Assembly: GCA_013694745.1 (NCBI GenBank)
Contig: JACDBU010000006.1
Location: 1-46,408 of the forward strand
Origin: Chitinophagaceae bacterium
GTDB lineage: Bacteria > Bacteroidota > Bacteroidia > Chitinophagales > Chitinophagaceae
Direction of reading: 5' to 3'
Length of the DNA stretch: 46,408 nt
The notes below the pieces were generated by a model. It was given only the letters and a program-made list of their open reading frames with translations, was not told where the DNA came from and ran no database searches. Below are positions 38,052-46,408 of the stretch, in pieces (positions within the stretch are counted from its first letter, which is position 1; each line of letters opens with the position of its first letter). A program made the position numbers and the translations under genes.

Positions 38052-38792
38052 ATGGAAACAGCAGCAGCAATACAACCCACTACCAAATTGTGGAATGGAG
38101 GTAAAAGCCCCTTCAATGTAAGTTATGGTAAGCTTATGATGTGGTATTTTTTGATGAGTGATGCATTTACTTTTGGTGCATTTCTCATCTCTTATGGCAC
38201 CATAAGATTCAGCCAGAATGTTTGGGCCGATCCCAACCACGTATTCAATGCTTTTCCTTTAACCGGCCATACAAACCTGCCACTTGCGTTTGTAAGTCTC
38301 ATGACGTTCATTTTAATTCTAAGCTCGGTAACCATGGTTTTGGCCGTACACGAAGGGCATAATATGAATCGCAAAGGGGTTGAAAAATGGCTTGTATTTA
38401 CCATCCTCGGAGGCCTTGCATTTTTAGGCTGCCAGGCATGGGAATGGACGCATTTAATAACAGGCGATCATGCAGTATTGGTTAATGGAACCTTGCAGCA
38501 TTGGGGAACAACAGTAAGCCACAATCCCTGGGGGCCGGAAGTAAATTATAATGGAGCTGAAGTGGCAAGTCCCGGCCCTATTGCATTTGGAGGATATTTT
38601 TTCGGCATAACAGGGTTTCATGGATTCCACGTTTTTTCAGGCGTAGTTATCAATGGCATCATGCTGGTGAAAACAAGGCTCGGTCATTTCGACCAGCGGG
38701 GTCACTATGAAATGATAGAAAAAGCAGGATTGTACTGGCACTTTGTTGATCTTGTATGGGTGTTTGTATTCCTATGTTTTTACCTGATATAA
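38052..38792 (+). CDS. ctaE: cytochrome c oxidase subunit III (second of two)
   Basis: YGKLMMW.FL.SD, TFILILSSVTM, TGFHGFHV and LYWHFVDLVW. Confidence 0.92.
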   Translation: METAAAIQPTTKLWNGGKSPFNVSYGKLMMWYFLMSDAFTFGAFLISYGTIRFSQNVWADPNHVFNAFPLTGHTNLPLAFVSLMTFILILSSVTMVLAVHEGHNMNRKGVEKWLVFTILGGLAFLGCQAWEWTHLITGDHAVLVNGTLQHWGTTVSHNPWGPEVNYNGAEVASPGPIAFGGYFFGITGFHGFHVFSGVVINGIMLVKTRLGHFDQRGHYEMIEKAGLYWHFVDLVWVFVFLCFYLI

Positions 38793-38877
38793 TTATGATC
38801 ACCTATGTAGCTAAATGCCAGTGTAGTTTTTTTAAACACATACACATAGATTAAAAAGATAAAAAAAATTATTAGAT

Positions 38878-39315
38878 ATGTCGCAGGTTACAACAGCAGA
38901 AATTACACACCACCACGACGATAAATCGCAGGTGAAAAGGATATGGAAAACTTTTTGGCTCTTGTTATTTCTAACACTTACTGAGTTAGGAATTGGATTG
39001 ACCATTTACACGCTTCATAAAGGCGCTAATCCAAATCACACACTGGTACTGGCTTTCAAAGGTCTTGTATGCATATTAACCCTTGCAAAGGCTTTTTATA
39101 TCGTTTCTATTTTTATGCATTTGGGAGATGAGATCAGGAACCTTATTATGACGATCATTGTTCCGCTCATGTTGTTTGTTTGGTTTCTTACCGCCTTCTT
39201 ATGGGATGGCAATGCATGGAAAAATTTACGGAATACAGATGCCGGCAGCAGGCCATCAACAGAAAAAGTGCAGCAGCAAACTTTGCCCGCAAAAGAAAAT
39301 GGCAAACCGGATTAA
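38878..39315 (+). CDS. cytochrome c oxidase subunit IV family protein
   Basis: IWKTFW.L...T..E and LTLAKAFYIVSIFMHL. Confidence 0.88.
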   Translation: MSQVTTAEITHHHDDKSQVKRIWKTFWLLLFLTLTELGIGLTIYTLHKGANPNHTLVLAFKGLVCILTLAKAFYIVSIFMHLGDEIRNLIMTIIVPLMLFVWFLTAFLWDGNAWKNLRNTDAGSRPSTEKVQQQTLPAKENGKPD

Positions 39316-39348
39316 CAATAAAATTTAAATATTGTAATTATACATAGG

Positions 39349-39379
39349 TAGCCATCAAAAAATGATGGCTATTTTTTTT
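39349..39379 (+). terminator. intrinsic terminator after oxidase subunit IV
   Basis: TAGCCATCA-AAAAA-TGATGGCTA followed by a T8 tract. Confidence 0.8.
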
Positions 39380-39391
39380 AGAAATTATTGA

Positions 39392-40105
39392 ATGAATAAG
39401 AAAGCATTTTTAGCCGTGGCGCTGGCACTCATGATACCCCTGGTAAGTTACCTGCTGGTAAAATATTACAGCGAGCGCGCCGTAACAATGCCTTCGCGAT
39501 ATTTTTATGATAGTGTTGCAACCCATGTAACCAACGGGAGATCCAGCACCGATACGGTGTGGCATCATTTAAAAAATATTTCCTTTACCAACCAGCTGGG
39601 AGATTCTGTTTCACTGTTTGATCTCAAGGGTAAAATACTGGTAATAGATTTTTTCTTTACCCGTTGTCCTACACTGTGTCCCGGCCTTGCGAGGTCAATG
39701 AAAAAACTACAAAACTCTTTTAAGCAGAATGACAGTATAGTCCAGTTTATTTCTATAAGTGTAGACCCACTGCATGATTCCGTTTCCCAATTAAGAAAAT
39801 TTGCTGCGCGTTTTAATGTAGATCCTGATTCGTGGTGGCTGGTCACCGGTGCAAAAAAAGATATTTATGATTTTGCCTTAAATGAATTGAAAGCCGGAAT
39901 TGCTGACGTGGATGTTGATACCGGTTTTGTTCATACCCCTTATTTTTTTTTAGTGGATAAGGAAAAAATTGTAAGAGGCTGGTACAACGGTGGTGATTCT
40001 GTTGCCCAGTCAAAACTGGTGCGGGATATTCCCTTGCTCATGCTTGAGAAAGACCGGAAAAAAACATTCGGACAATTTTTAAAAGAGCTTTTCGGGCGAA
40101 GCTAA
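39392..40105 (+). CDS. SCO family copper chaperone
   Basis: FFFTRCPTLCP (CxxxC), SISVDP..D and a conserved His (VHT). Confidence 0.92.
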   Translation: MNKKAFLAVALALMIPLVSYLLVKYYSERAVTMPSRYFYDSVATHVTNGRSSTDTVWHHLKNISFTNQLGDSVSLFDLKGKILVIDFFFTRCPTLCPGLARSMKKLQNSFKQNDSIVQFISISVDPLHDSVSQLRKFAARFNVDPDSWWLVTGAKKDIYDFALNELKAGIADVDVDTGFVHTPYFFLVDKEKIVRGWYNGGDSVAQSKLVRDIPLLMLEKDRKKTFGQFLKELFGRS

Positions 40106-40144
40106 AATAACTGGCCACGACCCAAGCCGGTGAAAAATAATAAA

Positions 40145-40768
40145 ATGAAAGATCATACTAATACAGAAATATCCAATTCACCTTATGGCCTCACACCGCA
40201 ATTAGAAAAAAATGATAAAAGAGCAAAGTGGTTTATCTGGATCGTTTCAATAATTGTTTTTGGCGCAGTAGCATTGTTATCAAAAGTAAAGCTGTATGTT
40301 GATCTTGGCTTTAATCCGCACTTGTTTGCTAAAGTTAATGCCGTAATAAATTCAGCCGTAACCATTTTATTACTATTCGGTTTGATAGCCGTAAAAAATA
40401 AAAATTATGCCTTACACAAGCGCATAATGCTTACTGCTATTGTTTTATCAGTGTTATTTCTTGTCTCCTATATCTGTCACCATTTGTTTAGTGGAGAAAC
40501 AAAATATGGCGATCTCAATCATGATGGAATATTGAGTGCAGATGAAAAAACGCTGGCAGGTAAATTACGCATACTGTATTATTTTATTTTAGCAACGCAT
40601 ATACCCCTTGCAGGAATTATTCTTCCCTTTATTTTATTTACATCTTACAGGTCATTGACAGGAGAATATCAAAAACATAAAAAGCTGGCAAGGATCACGT
40701 GGCCCATTTGGTTGTATGTGGCGGTAACCGGGGTGGTGGTTTACCTGCTCATCCATCCTTATTACTGA
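40145..40768 (+). CDS. DUF420 family membrane protein (CtaM/YozB-like oxidase assembly factor)
   Basis: NA.IN, HKR.M, FLVSY..H, THI.LA and HKKLARITWPIWLYVAVTGV.VY. Confidence 0.9.
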   Translation: MKDHTNTEISNSPYGLTPQLEKNDKRAKWFIWIVSIIVFGAVALLSKVKLYVDLGFNPHLFAKVNAVINSAVTILLLFGLIAVKNKNYALHKRIMLTAIVLSVLFLVSYICHHLFSGETKYGDLNHDGILSADEKTLAGKLRILYYFILATHIPLAGIILPFILFTSYRSLTGEYQKHKKLARITWPIWLYVAVTGVVVYLLIHPYY

Positions 40769-40771
40769 TGA

Positions 40772-41161
40772 TCAGCGATCCAGGGAAAGTTCTTTTGCCG
40801 GATCCCAGAATAATTTTTCAAATTCAACAACGGTATCTTTTTCTACTTTTATTTTTTCCTTCGCCAATAATTCTTCCATCTTATCCGGTGTTGCAAAATG
40901 TGCTTTACCCGTAAGCATACCATTGCGGTTCACCACGCGGTGAGCCGGCACTTTCGGAGAAACGGAATGTGCACCATTCATTGCCCAGCCCACCATCCGG
41001 GCAGATAGCTTTGTTCCCAGGTAGTTTGCAATGGCGCCAAAAGAAGTGATGCGCCCTTTAGGAATTTGTCGGACCACTTCATAAACATTATCAAAAAAAC
41101 TATAATCGCGGTTGGTACTTCGCGGCTTTCCTTCTCTTACAGCTATGCGTTTTTTTTGCAT
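40772..41161 (-). CDS. alkyltransferase-like (ATL, MGMT-family) DNA-binding protein
   Basis: V..IP.G...SFG.IA, ARMVGWAM, and PAHRVV with Ala in place of the catalytic Cys. Confidence 0.88.
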   Translation of the reverse strand: MQKKRIAVREGKPRSTNRDYSFFDNVYEVVRQIPKGRITSFGAIANYLGTKLSARMVGWAMNGAHSVSPKVPAHRVVNRNGMLTGKAHFATPDKMEELLAKEKIKVEKDTVVEFEKLFWDPAKELSLDR

Positions 41162-41365
41162 TTATTTTTTGTTTTCAAAATTTTTATTACGGGCAGCTAA
41201 TAATTCATGCCGCTTTACTGCTGGTACATTTATATAATCAAACGGGCAATGCCTGCAGCCATTACCACAACATTCCCCGCGTTGCAAAAGATATTTTTGT
41301 GTAAATATCATCAGCCCGTTATTATCCAGGTAAAAATCTTCCATTTCAACCAGGTTGTTTTGCAT
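41162..41365 (-). CDS. DUF5522 family small Cys-rich protein
   Basis: DFY....G..IFT..YLL.RG.CCGNGCRHCPF; start MQNNL (41365), overlapping the end of trmB. Confidence 0.82.
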   Translation of the reverse strand: MQNNLVEMEDFYLDNNGLMIFTQKYLLQRGECCGNGCRHCPFDYINVPAVKRHELLAARNKNFENKK

Positions 41366-42071
41366 ACATTGATTTTTTTTCTGCGGTTTTGATATGCCGG
41401 TGCAGCATTTCATCATCTGTATTTATTACCGGCGGCAATGTAAAACACAAATAATAAATGGTATTGCTTTGTGCAATATCAAGACTTTCATAATGCGTTT
41501 TTATCCTAAGCTCGGCTGAAATATTATTGCCTGCATACAGATTATTCATATCGGTTACCACATGGAGACCGTACATATCAATTACCGTTTTAGTAAAAAG
41601 ATACAGATCGGGTGAATCGGTTTTTAAATGGATCAACCCATCTTTTTTTAAAAACTGCTGGTACATCCTCAGGAATTTTGGATGTGTCAGTCTCTTCCGG
41701 GCCTTTGATGTTCTCAATTGCGGATCAGGAAAAGTTATCCAAATTTCGTCAACTTCATCCGTAATAAAATAGTCAGTTATCTTATCAATTTGTGTTCGTA
41801 AAAAAGCTGCGTTTAAAATTTTATTTTCCAAACCGGTTTTAGCCCCAACCCATAACCGGTTGCCTTTGATATCCACGCCAATAAAATTATGATCGGGTTT
41901 CAATTGTGCTAAGGCTATCGTGTATTCCCCTTTTCCGCATGCTAATTCCAATACAACGGGGTTACTGTTTTTGAAAAATTTGTTCCACATGCCCTTCATT
42001 CCTTCGGGGTATTGCAAAACATTTTTGAAAGAATTTATTTCAGCAAAACGTTGTAGTTTCTTTTGAGCCAT
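41346..42071 (-). CDS. trmB: tRNA (guanine-N7)-methyltransferase
   Basis: LELACGKGEY, GVDIKG.R, WITFPDPQ, RLT and HLKTD. Start MAQKKL (42071). Confidence 0.93.
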   Translation of the reverse strand: MAQKKLQRFAEINSFKNVLQYPEGMKGMWNKFFKNSNPVVLELACGKGEYTIALAQLKPDHNFIGVDIKGNRLWVGAKTGLENKILNAAFLRTQIDKITDYFITDEVDEIWITFPDPQLRTSKARKRLTHPKFLRMYQQFLKKDGLIHLKTDSPDLYLFTKTVIDMYGLHVVTDMNNLYAGNNISAELRIKTHYESLDIAQSNTIYYLCFTLPPVINTDDEMLHRHIKTAEKKSMYAKQPG

Positions 42072-42075
42072 TATA

Positions 42076-42083
42076 CAAAAATA
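42076..42083 (-). promoter_or_regulatory. -7 promoter element TATTTTTG immediately before the trmB ATG
   Basis: Reverse complement of CAAAAATA, 4 nt from the start codon. Confidence 0.55.
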
Positions 42084-42138
42084 AGATACGGCGCAAAATT
42101 TGTGTAAATTCAATAAACTATAGTGGAGATCTCTTAAT

Positions 42139-43407
42139 ATGAAGTTCCGTTATTTCGTTTTATGCTGCCTCGTAGTGCTTTTAACTGTGATAGTCCCTCT
42201 TTCATCAGGTGCTTATTCCGTTCTCACGCATGAAGCGCTTATTGATGTGAATTGGGAAAAATACATAAAGCCGCTTTTAAAAGAAAAATATCCGGCTTCA
42301 ACTGAACAACAGTTTAAAGAAGCACATGCTTATGCGTACGGAGGTGCAGTAGCACCTGATATGGGTTATTATCCTTTCGGCAGTAAGCTTTTTACCAACC
42401 TGGTACATTATGTAAGGAGCGGTGATTTTGTTGAATCATTGTTGTTTGAAGCCCATGATCTTAATGAATATGCTTTTGCACTTGGTGCGCTTTGTCATTA
42501 CAGCGCCGACAAATACGGGCACAAGCTTGGTGTAAACAGGAGCGTGCCCATCGCATATCCCAAAATGAAACAAAAATTCGGCGACGTGGTTACTTATGCA
42601 GAAAATAAAATTTCGCATATAAGAACAGAATTTTCATTCGATGTTTTGCAAACTGCCCGGGGTAATTACGTCTCAACCACTTATCATGATTTTATAGGAT
42701 TCAAAGTTTCCACCCCCGTTCTGGAAAGAGCTTTTTTAAGAACGTATGGTTTAAACATTCATGCTATTTTTAAAAATCTTCCGCTGGCAATTGAAACCTT
42801 CAGGTGGACGGTAACAAATGTTTTTCCTTCCATTACAAAAGTTGCATGGGCAACCAATAAAAAGAAAATACAGGAGGCTAATCCGGGAATCACAGCAGAT
42901 ATGTTTAGATACCGCATAAAAAGAGATAAATACAATAAGGAATTTGGGGAATATAAAAAGCCAGGCATTTTTGCCAGCATTTTCGCAGTGCTGTTCAGGA
43001 TATTACCCAAGGTAGGACCTTTAAGAGCTTTAAGATTTAAAGCCCCATCAGCAGAGACGGAGAAATTATTTATTAAAAGTTTTGATTCTGTTTTAAATTA
43101 TTATTCGGCAGAACTTACTAAATTAAATAGAGGCAAAATATCGTTGCCTAATATTGATTTTGATACCGGTAATGAAACAGCACCAGCCGAGTATCCCTTG
43201 GCTGATAAGGCTTATGCTGCCTTAATATTGAAGCTTGAAGATAAAAAGTTCGATTCTGTAAGTTCTTCTCTTAAAAAAAATATAATTACTTTTTATACGG
43301 ATCCGGTTGTTACTATTAGAAAGAAAAATAAAACAAGGGAATTAAGAAAGATAAACAAAGCGTTGAGTGAATTAAAAAAAAGTACACCCGATTCACCTGA
43401 CCTCTAA
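42139..43407 (+). CDS. secreted zinc-dependent phospholipase C family protein
   Basis: Signal peptide ending at A|YSVLTHE, GAVAPDMGY, HY, G.L.HY.AD...H and H...E...D. Confidence 0.8.
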   Translation: MKFRYFVLCCLVVLLTVIVPLSSGAYSVLTHEALIDVNWEKYIKPLLKEKYPASTEQQFKEAHAYAYGGAVAPDMGYYPFGSKLFTNLVHYVRSGDFVESLLFEAHDLNEYAFALGALCHYSADKYGHKLGVNRSVPIAYPKMKQKFGDVVTYAENKISHIRTEFSFDVLQTARGNYVSTTYHDFIGFKVSTPVLERAFLRTYGLNIHAIFKNLPLAIETFRWTVTNVFPSITKVAWATNKKKIQEANPGITADMFRYRIKRDKYNKEFGEYKKPGIFASIFAVLFRILPKVGPLRALRFKAPSAETEKLFIKSFDSVLNYYSAELTKLNRGKISLPNIDFDTGNETAPAEYPLADKAYAALILKLEDKKFDSVSSSLKKNIITFYTDPVVTIRKKNKTRELRKINKALSELKKSTPDSPDL

Positions 43408-43439
43408 CGGTATTGAATACATGATATAAAAAATTATAT

Positions 43440-43898
43440 ATGAAAAATACAATTTTTATAATGTTCGTTATTTTAAACATTATCTTTTTTGCTTCATCAT
43501 TTGTTGCAAAGGATATTCCGGTATTTAAAAATTTAAAAGTATTGCGAAAAGACATTAGCGAAAAAGAACTCGACAGCATTATGCATCATTTTACTGTTTC
43601 TCTTGGAGAAAAATGCAATTTTTGCCATGTAAGAAATGAAGCTAAAGGAGAAATGGATTTCGCCAGTGACGACAACCAGTACAAATCGGTTGCCCGTAAG
43701 ATGATGTTGATGGCAGATAAAATAAATAAAGATAATTTTAAAATGGAAGAAGATGGGAAAACAGAAATTATACAGGCGGTTACGTGTTATACCTGCCATC
43801 ATGGAGAAGCTGTTCCGTCAACTAAACCTCGCATGCAAATAAACCTTACACCTCCCTTCCCTAACAATACGCTGCTTCCAGCCACAAAACAGCCATAG
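43440..43898 (+). CDS. periplasmic dihaem c-type cytochrome (reaction-centre cytochrome-like fragment)
   Basis: Signal peptide, NLKVL, M......LG..CNFCH, ARKMM.M...IN and VTCYTCH.G...P. Confidence 0.82.
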   Translation: MKNTIFIMFVILNIIFFASSFVAKDIPVFKNLKVLRKDISEKELDSIMHHFTVSLGEKCNFCHVRNEAKGEMDFASDDNQYKSVARKMMLMADKINKDNFKMEEDGKTEIIQAVTCYTCHHGEAVPSTKPRMQINLTPPFPNNTLLPATKQP

Positions 43899-44024
43899 CA
43901 TTAGTTATCATACTATATATGCGACAATAAATGAATGTATAAAAAAATATTTATATACATCAATATGGATTTTATGAATGCGTTTTAAATTCATTCAATG
44001 TAGTAGCAATATTAGCCTACTTTG

Positions 44025-44402
44025 ATGGCAATGACTACCTCTGGAAATTTAAATAATGCATTAAATATATCTTTTGTAAATGCCGATAAATTAGCTAAAG
44101 CAGCTTTTATATTACGGGCATTGAACAATCCTATTCGTAAAAAAATTTTTGATCACCTTTTAGATCATGAGCATTCTTCAGTTACCCATCTTATAATAAA
44201 GTTACGCCTGGAACAATCTGTTATTTCCCAACATTTAGCCATTATGCGGAAAGCTAAAATTGTAACTTTTTTAAAAACCGGGAAGTTCGTTTATTACTAT
44301 TTAAACAAAGACAGGGTTGTTGAGATAAAGAATTGTATAAACAGTCTTGTTGATACTACTTCAGAAGCTCCCATACGCGGGTTGTCGGTAAAACTTAAAT
44401 AA
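44025..44402 (+). CDS. ArsR/SmtB family transcriptional regulator
   Basis: LRALNNPIR..I, LRLEQSVISQHLAIMR and GKFVYY. Confidence 0.9.
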   Translation: MAMTTSGNLNNALNISFVNADKLAKAAFILRALNNPIRKKIFDHLLDHEHSSVTHLIIKLRLEQSVISQHLAIMRKAKIVTFLKTGKFVYYYLNKDRVVEIKNCINSLVDTTSEAPIRGLSVKLK

Positions 44403-44520
44403 TTAGTTTGCCTTAAAACAGGGAACTTTTATTTGCAGCCTGTTTGCATTACAATCAATAAATTCTATACCCACTAATTTCCTTTGAATAAAAGAGCTCT
44501 ATTTACTTTAAGGTTTCCAA

Positions 44521-44587
44521 AATTCCTAATTCCCAATTCCTAATTCCTAATTCCCAATTCCCAATTCCTAATTCCTAATTCCTAATT
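44521..44587. repeat. heptamer tandem array (AATTCCY)x9.5
   Basis: AATTCCT and AATTCCC units, variable only at position 7. Confidence 0.95.
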
Positions 44588-44670
44588 AATTTTTGACTAT
44601 CAATAAAAAAAATATAACTTAAGAGAGGCAACTTATTACCATTAATATCCGATTTTATACAAGAAACGTT

Positions 44671-45255
44671 TTGATATCAGGAGCTGAATTAAACCTACTT
44701 ATCAGGGGATGCACCCTGAACCAGAGAGAGAGTCAAAAAAAAATGTATGACTCTTTCTTTGCCTATGGTATGTCTATATGCGCTCGTTATTCAAAGCGTG
44801 AAGAAGAAGCATTAGAGATTTTTAATGACAGCTTCCTAAAGATCTTCAAAGAGATCAACCGCTTTAAACCTTCTTACAGTGATGAATTAAGTTCATTCAA
44901 GGGATGGATCAGGAAAATCATTATTTATACAGCCATTGACCATAACAGGAAATATAATAAACATAATTTCACGACGGAACTCGAAAAATCTGTTGTCTAT
45001 TTGCCCGTTGAAGAAGAAGATGCATTTGGAATGATATCTTATGATGAAATAATCCGTGCCATTCGCGAACTATCTCCTGCTTATCGTGCCGTCATCAACC
45101 TTTTTATTATTGATGGTTTCAGCCATGAAGAAATTGCAAAGCACCTGCAGATCGCGGTGGGAACATCTAAATCCAACCTTTCCAAAGCGAGGTTACAATT
45201 GCAAAAATTATTAAAGAACAACAACAAAATCTTAATAGCAAAAAATGTGGGATGA
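44671..45255 (+). CDS. ECF RNA polymerase sigma factor
   Basis: D.FLKIF, SFKGWIRKI....AID..R and LSPAYRAV.NL..IDGFSHEEIA..L.I..GTSKSNLSKAR; TTG start. Confidence 0.93.
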   Translation: MISGAELNLLIRGCTLNQRESQKKMYDSFFAYGMSICARYSKREEEALEIFNDSFLKIFKEINRFKPSYSDELSSFKGWIRKIIIYTAIDHNRKYNKHNFTTELEKSVVYLPVEEEDAFGMISYDEIIRAIRELSPAYRAVINLFIIDGFSHEEIAKHLQIAVGTSKSNLSKARLQLQKLLKNNNKILIAKNVG

Positions 45256-46408
45256 AGAAGACATGAATAAAGAGATCAGGGAAGCTGCTGACCATTACCA
45301 GCCGGTACATAATGATGCTGCCTGGGCAAAAATGGAAGCAATGCTTGATGAGCACCTGCCGCAAAAAAAACGCCACAGGAAAATATTTTATTTTTTACCC
45401 TTAATGGTTTTACTGTGTGGGGGTATATTATATTTTGTATACAATAATAAAATCTCACCGATACTACAAGTGCCCAAAACAGTGTCAGATAAAAATAAGG
45501 ATCAAAACAATTCCACGCCACCTGTAGAAAACATTCCTGTAGCAAACGCTCCGGGTAAACAGGCAAGCGCGGATGTAAATTTATTAACCACGTCTACTAC
45601 AACAAAGGAACTAAAACCTGCCGTTGCGAATAAAACAAATGCAAGTGAACAGCATACAACAAGCGGTAAGGAAATAAATAATGACCATTCGAAATCACAA
45701 AAAGATATTCCGGGCGTGTCTCTTGTTAATACAATAGCCGAAAAGAAACCGGCAGCGATATCTCCCGGCATAAACGCAACTATATCCAACGATCCTGTAA
45801 AAACCACACCCATATTGCAACAACAACCGGCTAAAGAAATTATTGCCAGCACAACAACAGAAAAGAATACGACTGTTGCAAAATCAAATGATGCTAAAAC
45901 AATTGCAAAGGAAGATCATAAAAGAAATAAAAAATTCATCAGCAACTTTGGAATTAATCTTGGTGTGGGGCCCGAGGTAAGTTGGGTACAATCCAACTCC
46001 GCTGGAAAAGTAACGGCCAATTATGGCGCAGGAATACAGTATGCTATTTCGCAGAAATTTACTTTGCGCACGGGTTTGTATATTTCTAAAAAGATCTACT
46101 CCGTAGGTGCAGATGATTACCATGCTACGCCCGGCACACCCGGAAATTATTATTTTTTACAAACAGTGAATGCCAATTGTAAAGTTTACGAAGTGCCGGT
46201 TTTAGTAAATTACAATTTTGGGAAAGCCGGGAAGCACAACTGGTTTGCCTCAGCAGGGTTGTCATCGTATTTTATGAAAAAAGAATCTTATGAGTATTTT
46301 TATAAAACCCCTTATGGCGTAACGGATAAAAAGTCGTGGACAATCACCAATCAAAACAAGCATTATTTTTCCGTGCTGGATCTTTCAGCCGGGTATGAAT
46401 ACCATATC
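45245..46408 (+). CDS. probable anti-sigma factor with C-terminal outer-membrane beta-barrel (3' truncated by the window; absent from the ORF track)
   Basis: Open from ATG 45245 to the window end. Layout: MWDEEDMNKEIREAADHY...AWAKMEAMLD, basic KKRHRK, a TM segment, a Thr/Pro/Asn-rich linker, then beta-strand-like FGINLGVGPE...YGAGIQY...FTLRTGLY...YEVPVLVNYNF...WFASAGLSSY...LSAGYEY. Confidence 0.8.
   Translation, partial: MWDEEDMNKEIREAADHYQPVHNDAAWAKMEAMLDEHLPQKKRHRKIFYFLPLMVLLCGGILYFVYNNKISPILQVPKTVSDKNKDQNNSTPPVENIPVANAPGKQASADVNLLTTSTTTKELKPAVANKTNASEQHTTSGKEINNDHSKSQKDIPGVSLVNTIAEKKPAAISPGINATISNDPVKTTPILQQQPAKEIIASTTTEKNTTVAKSNDAKTIAKEDHKRNKKFISNFGINLGVGPEVSWVQSNSAGKVTANYGAGIQYAISQKFTLRTGLYISKKIYSVGADDYHATPGTPGNYYFLQTVNANCKVYEVPVLVNYNFGKAGKHNWFASAGLSSYFMKKESYEYFYKTPYGVTDKKSWTITNQNKHYFSVLDLSAGYEYHI

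Noticed and set aside
24865-40768. ACIII plus aa3-type oxidase cluster as a novel system
   Set aside because: It matches the characterised Bacteroidota (Flavobacterium-type) architecture, including six-haem ActA and two subunit III genes.
43440-43898. Evidence of phototrophy
   Set aside because: Only a two-haem fragment-like protein; no pufLM or bch genes in the window.
43935-43998. Imperfect palindromes upstream of ArsR as an operator
   Set aside because: Plausible, but the region is so AT-rich that such symmetry is expected by chance.
44521-44587. CRISPR array
   Set aside because: Contiguous 7-bp units with no spacers and no cas genes.
165-46123. Numerous 60-140 aa ORFs overlapping the called genes (e.g. 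1681-2019, 5716-6042, 19986-20399, 25699-26106, 35293-35721, 45502-45852)
   Set aside because: Antisense or alternate-frame shadows of well-supported genes, with no recognisable motifs.

Overview
This is a chromosomal window from a Bacteroidota genome, most consistent with Chitinophagaceae/Ferruginibacter-like organisms. That call rests on gene content, TAnnTTTG promoters and AT-rich leaders without Shine-Dalgarno sites. Core content: an M28 peptidase; a two-gene cobalamin-dependent methionine synthase behind a probable SAM-II-type leader; xth, HU, a small THX ribosomal peptide missing from the ORF track, pdxH, pyrH and mqnC; an M16 protease pair; a fused E1 alpha/beta 2-oxoacid dehydrogenase; and a purN fusion. 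A roughly 16 kb respiratory cluster follows, with alternative complex III actABCDEF, an A1-type haem-copper oxidase, cyoE, two subunit III genes, subunit IV, SCO and DUF420. The window ends with ATL/DUF5522/trmB and an ECF sigma factor with a probable dual-membrane-spanning anti-sigma factor. No rRNA, tRNA, CRISPR array or IS transposase was seen. The most unusual signal is an AT-rich GxxExxY PD-(D/E)xK nuclease gene sitting exactly between the two metH halves. It is bracketed by two direct copies and one inverted copy of a 37-bp periodic repeat, which suggests a repeat-guided mobile cassette. The window also carries several ORF-less 7-mer and 8-mer periodic repeats at stop codons and inside protein linkers, one of which joins a membrane domain to PurN. 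Other leads are a candidate sRNA at 5-118 and a canonical EF-hand loop in the DUF420 oxidase-assembly protein. All family assignments come from motif recognition; no database searches were run.
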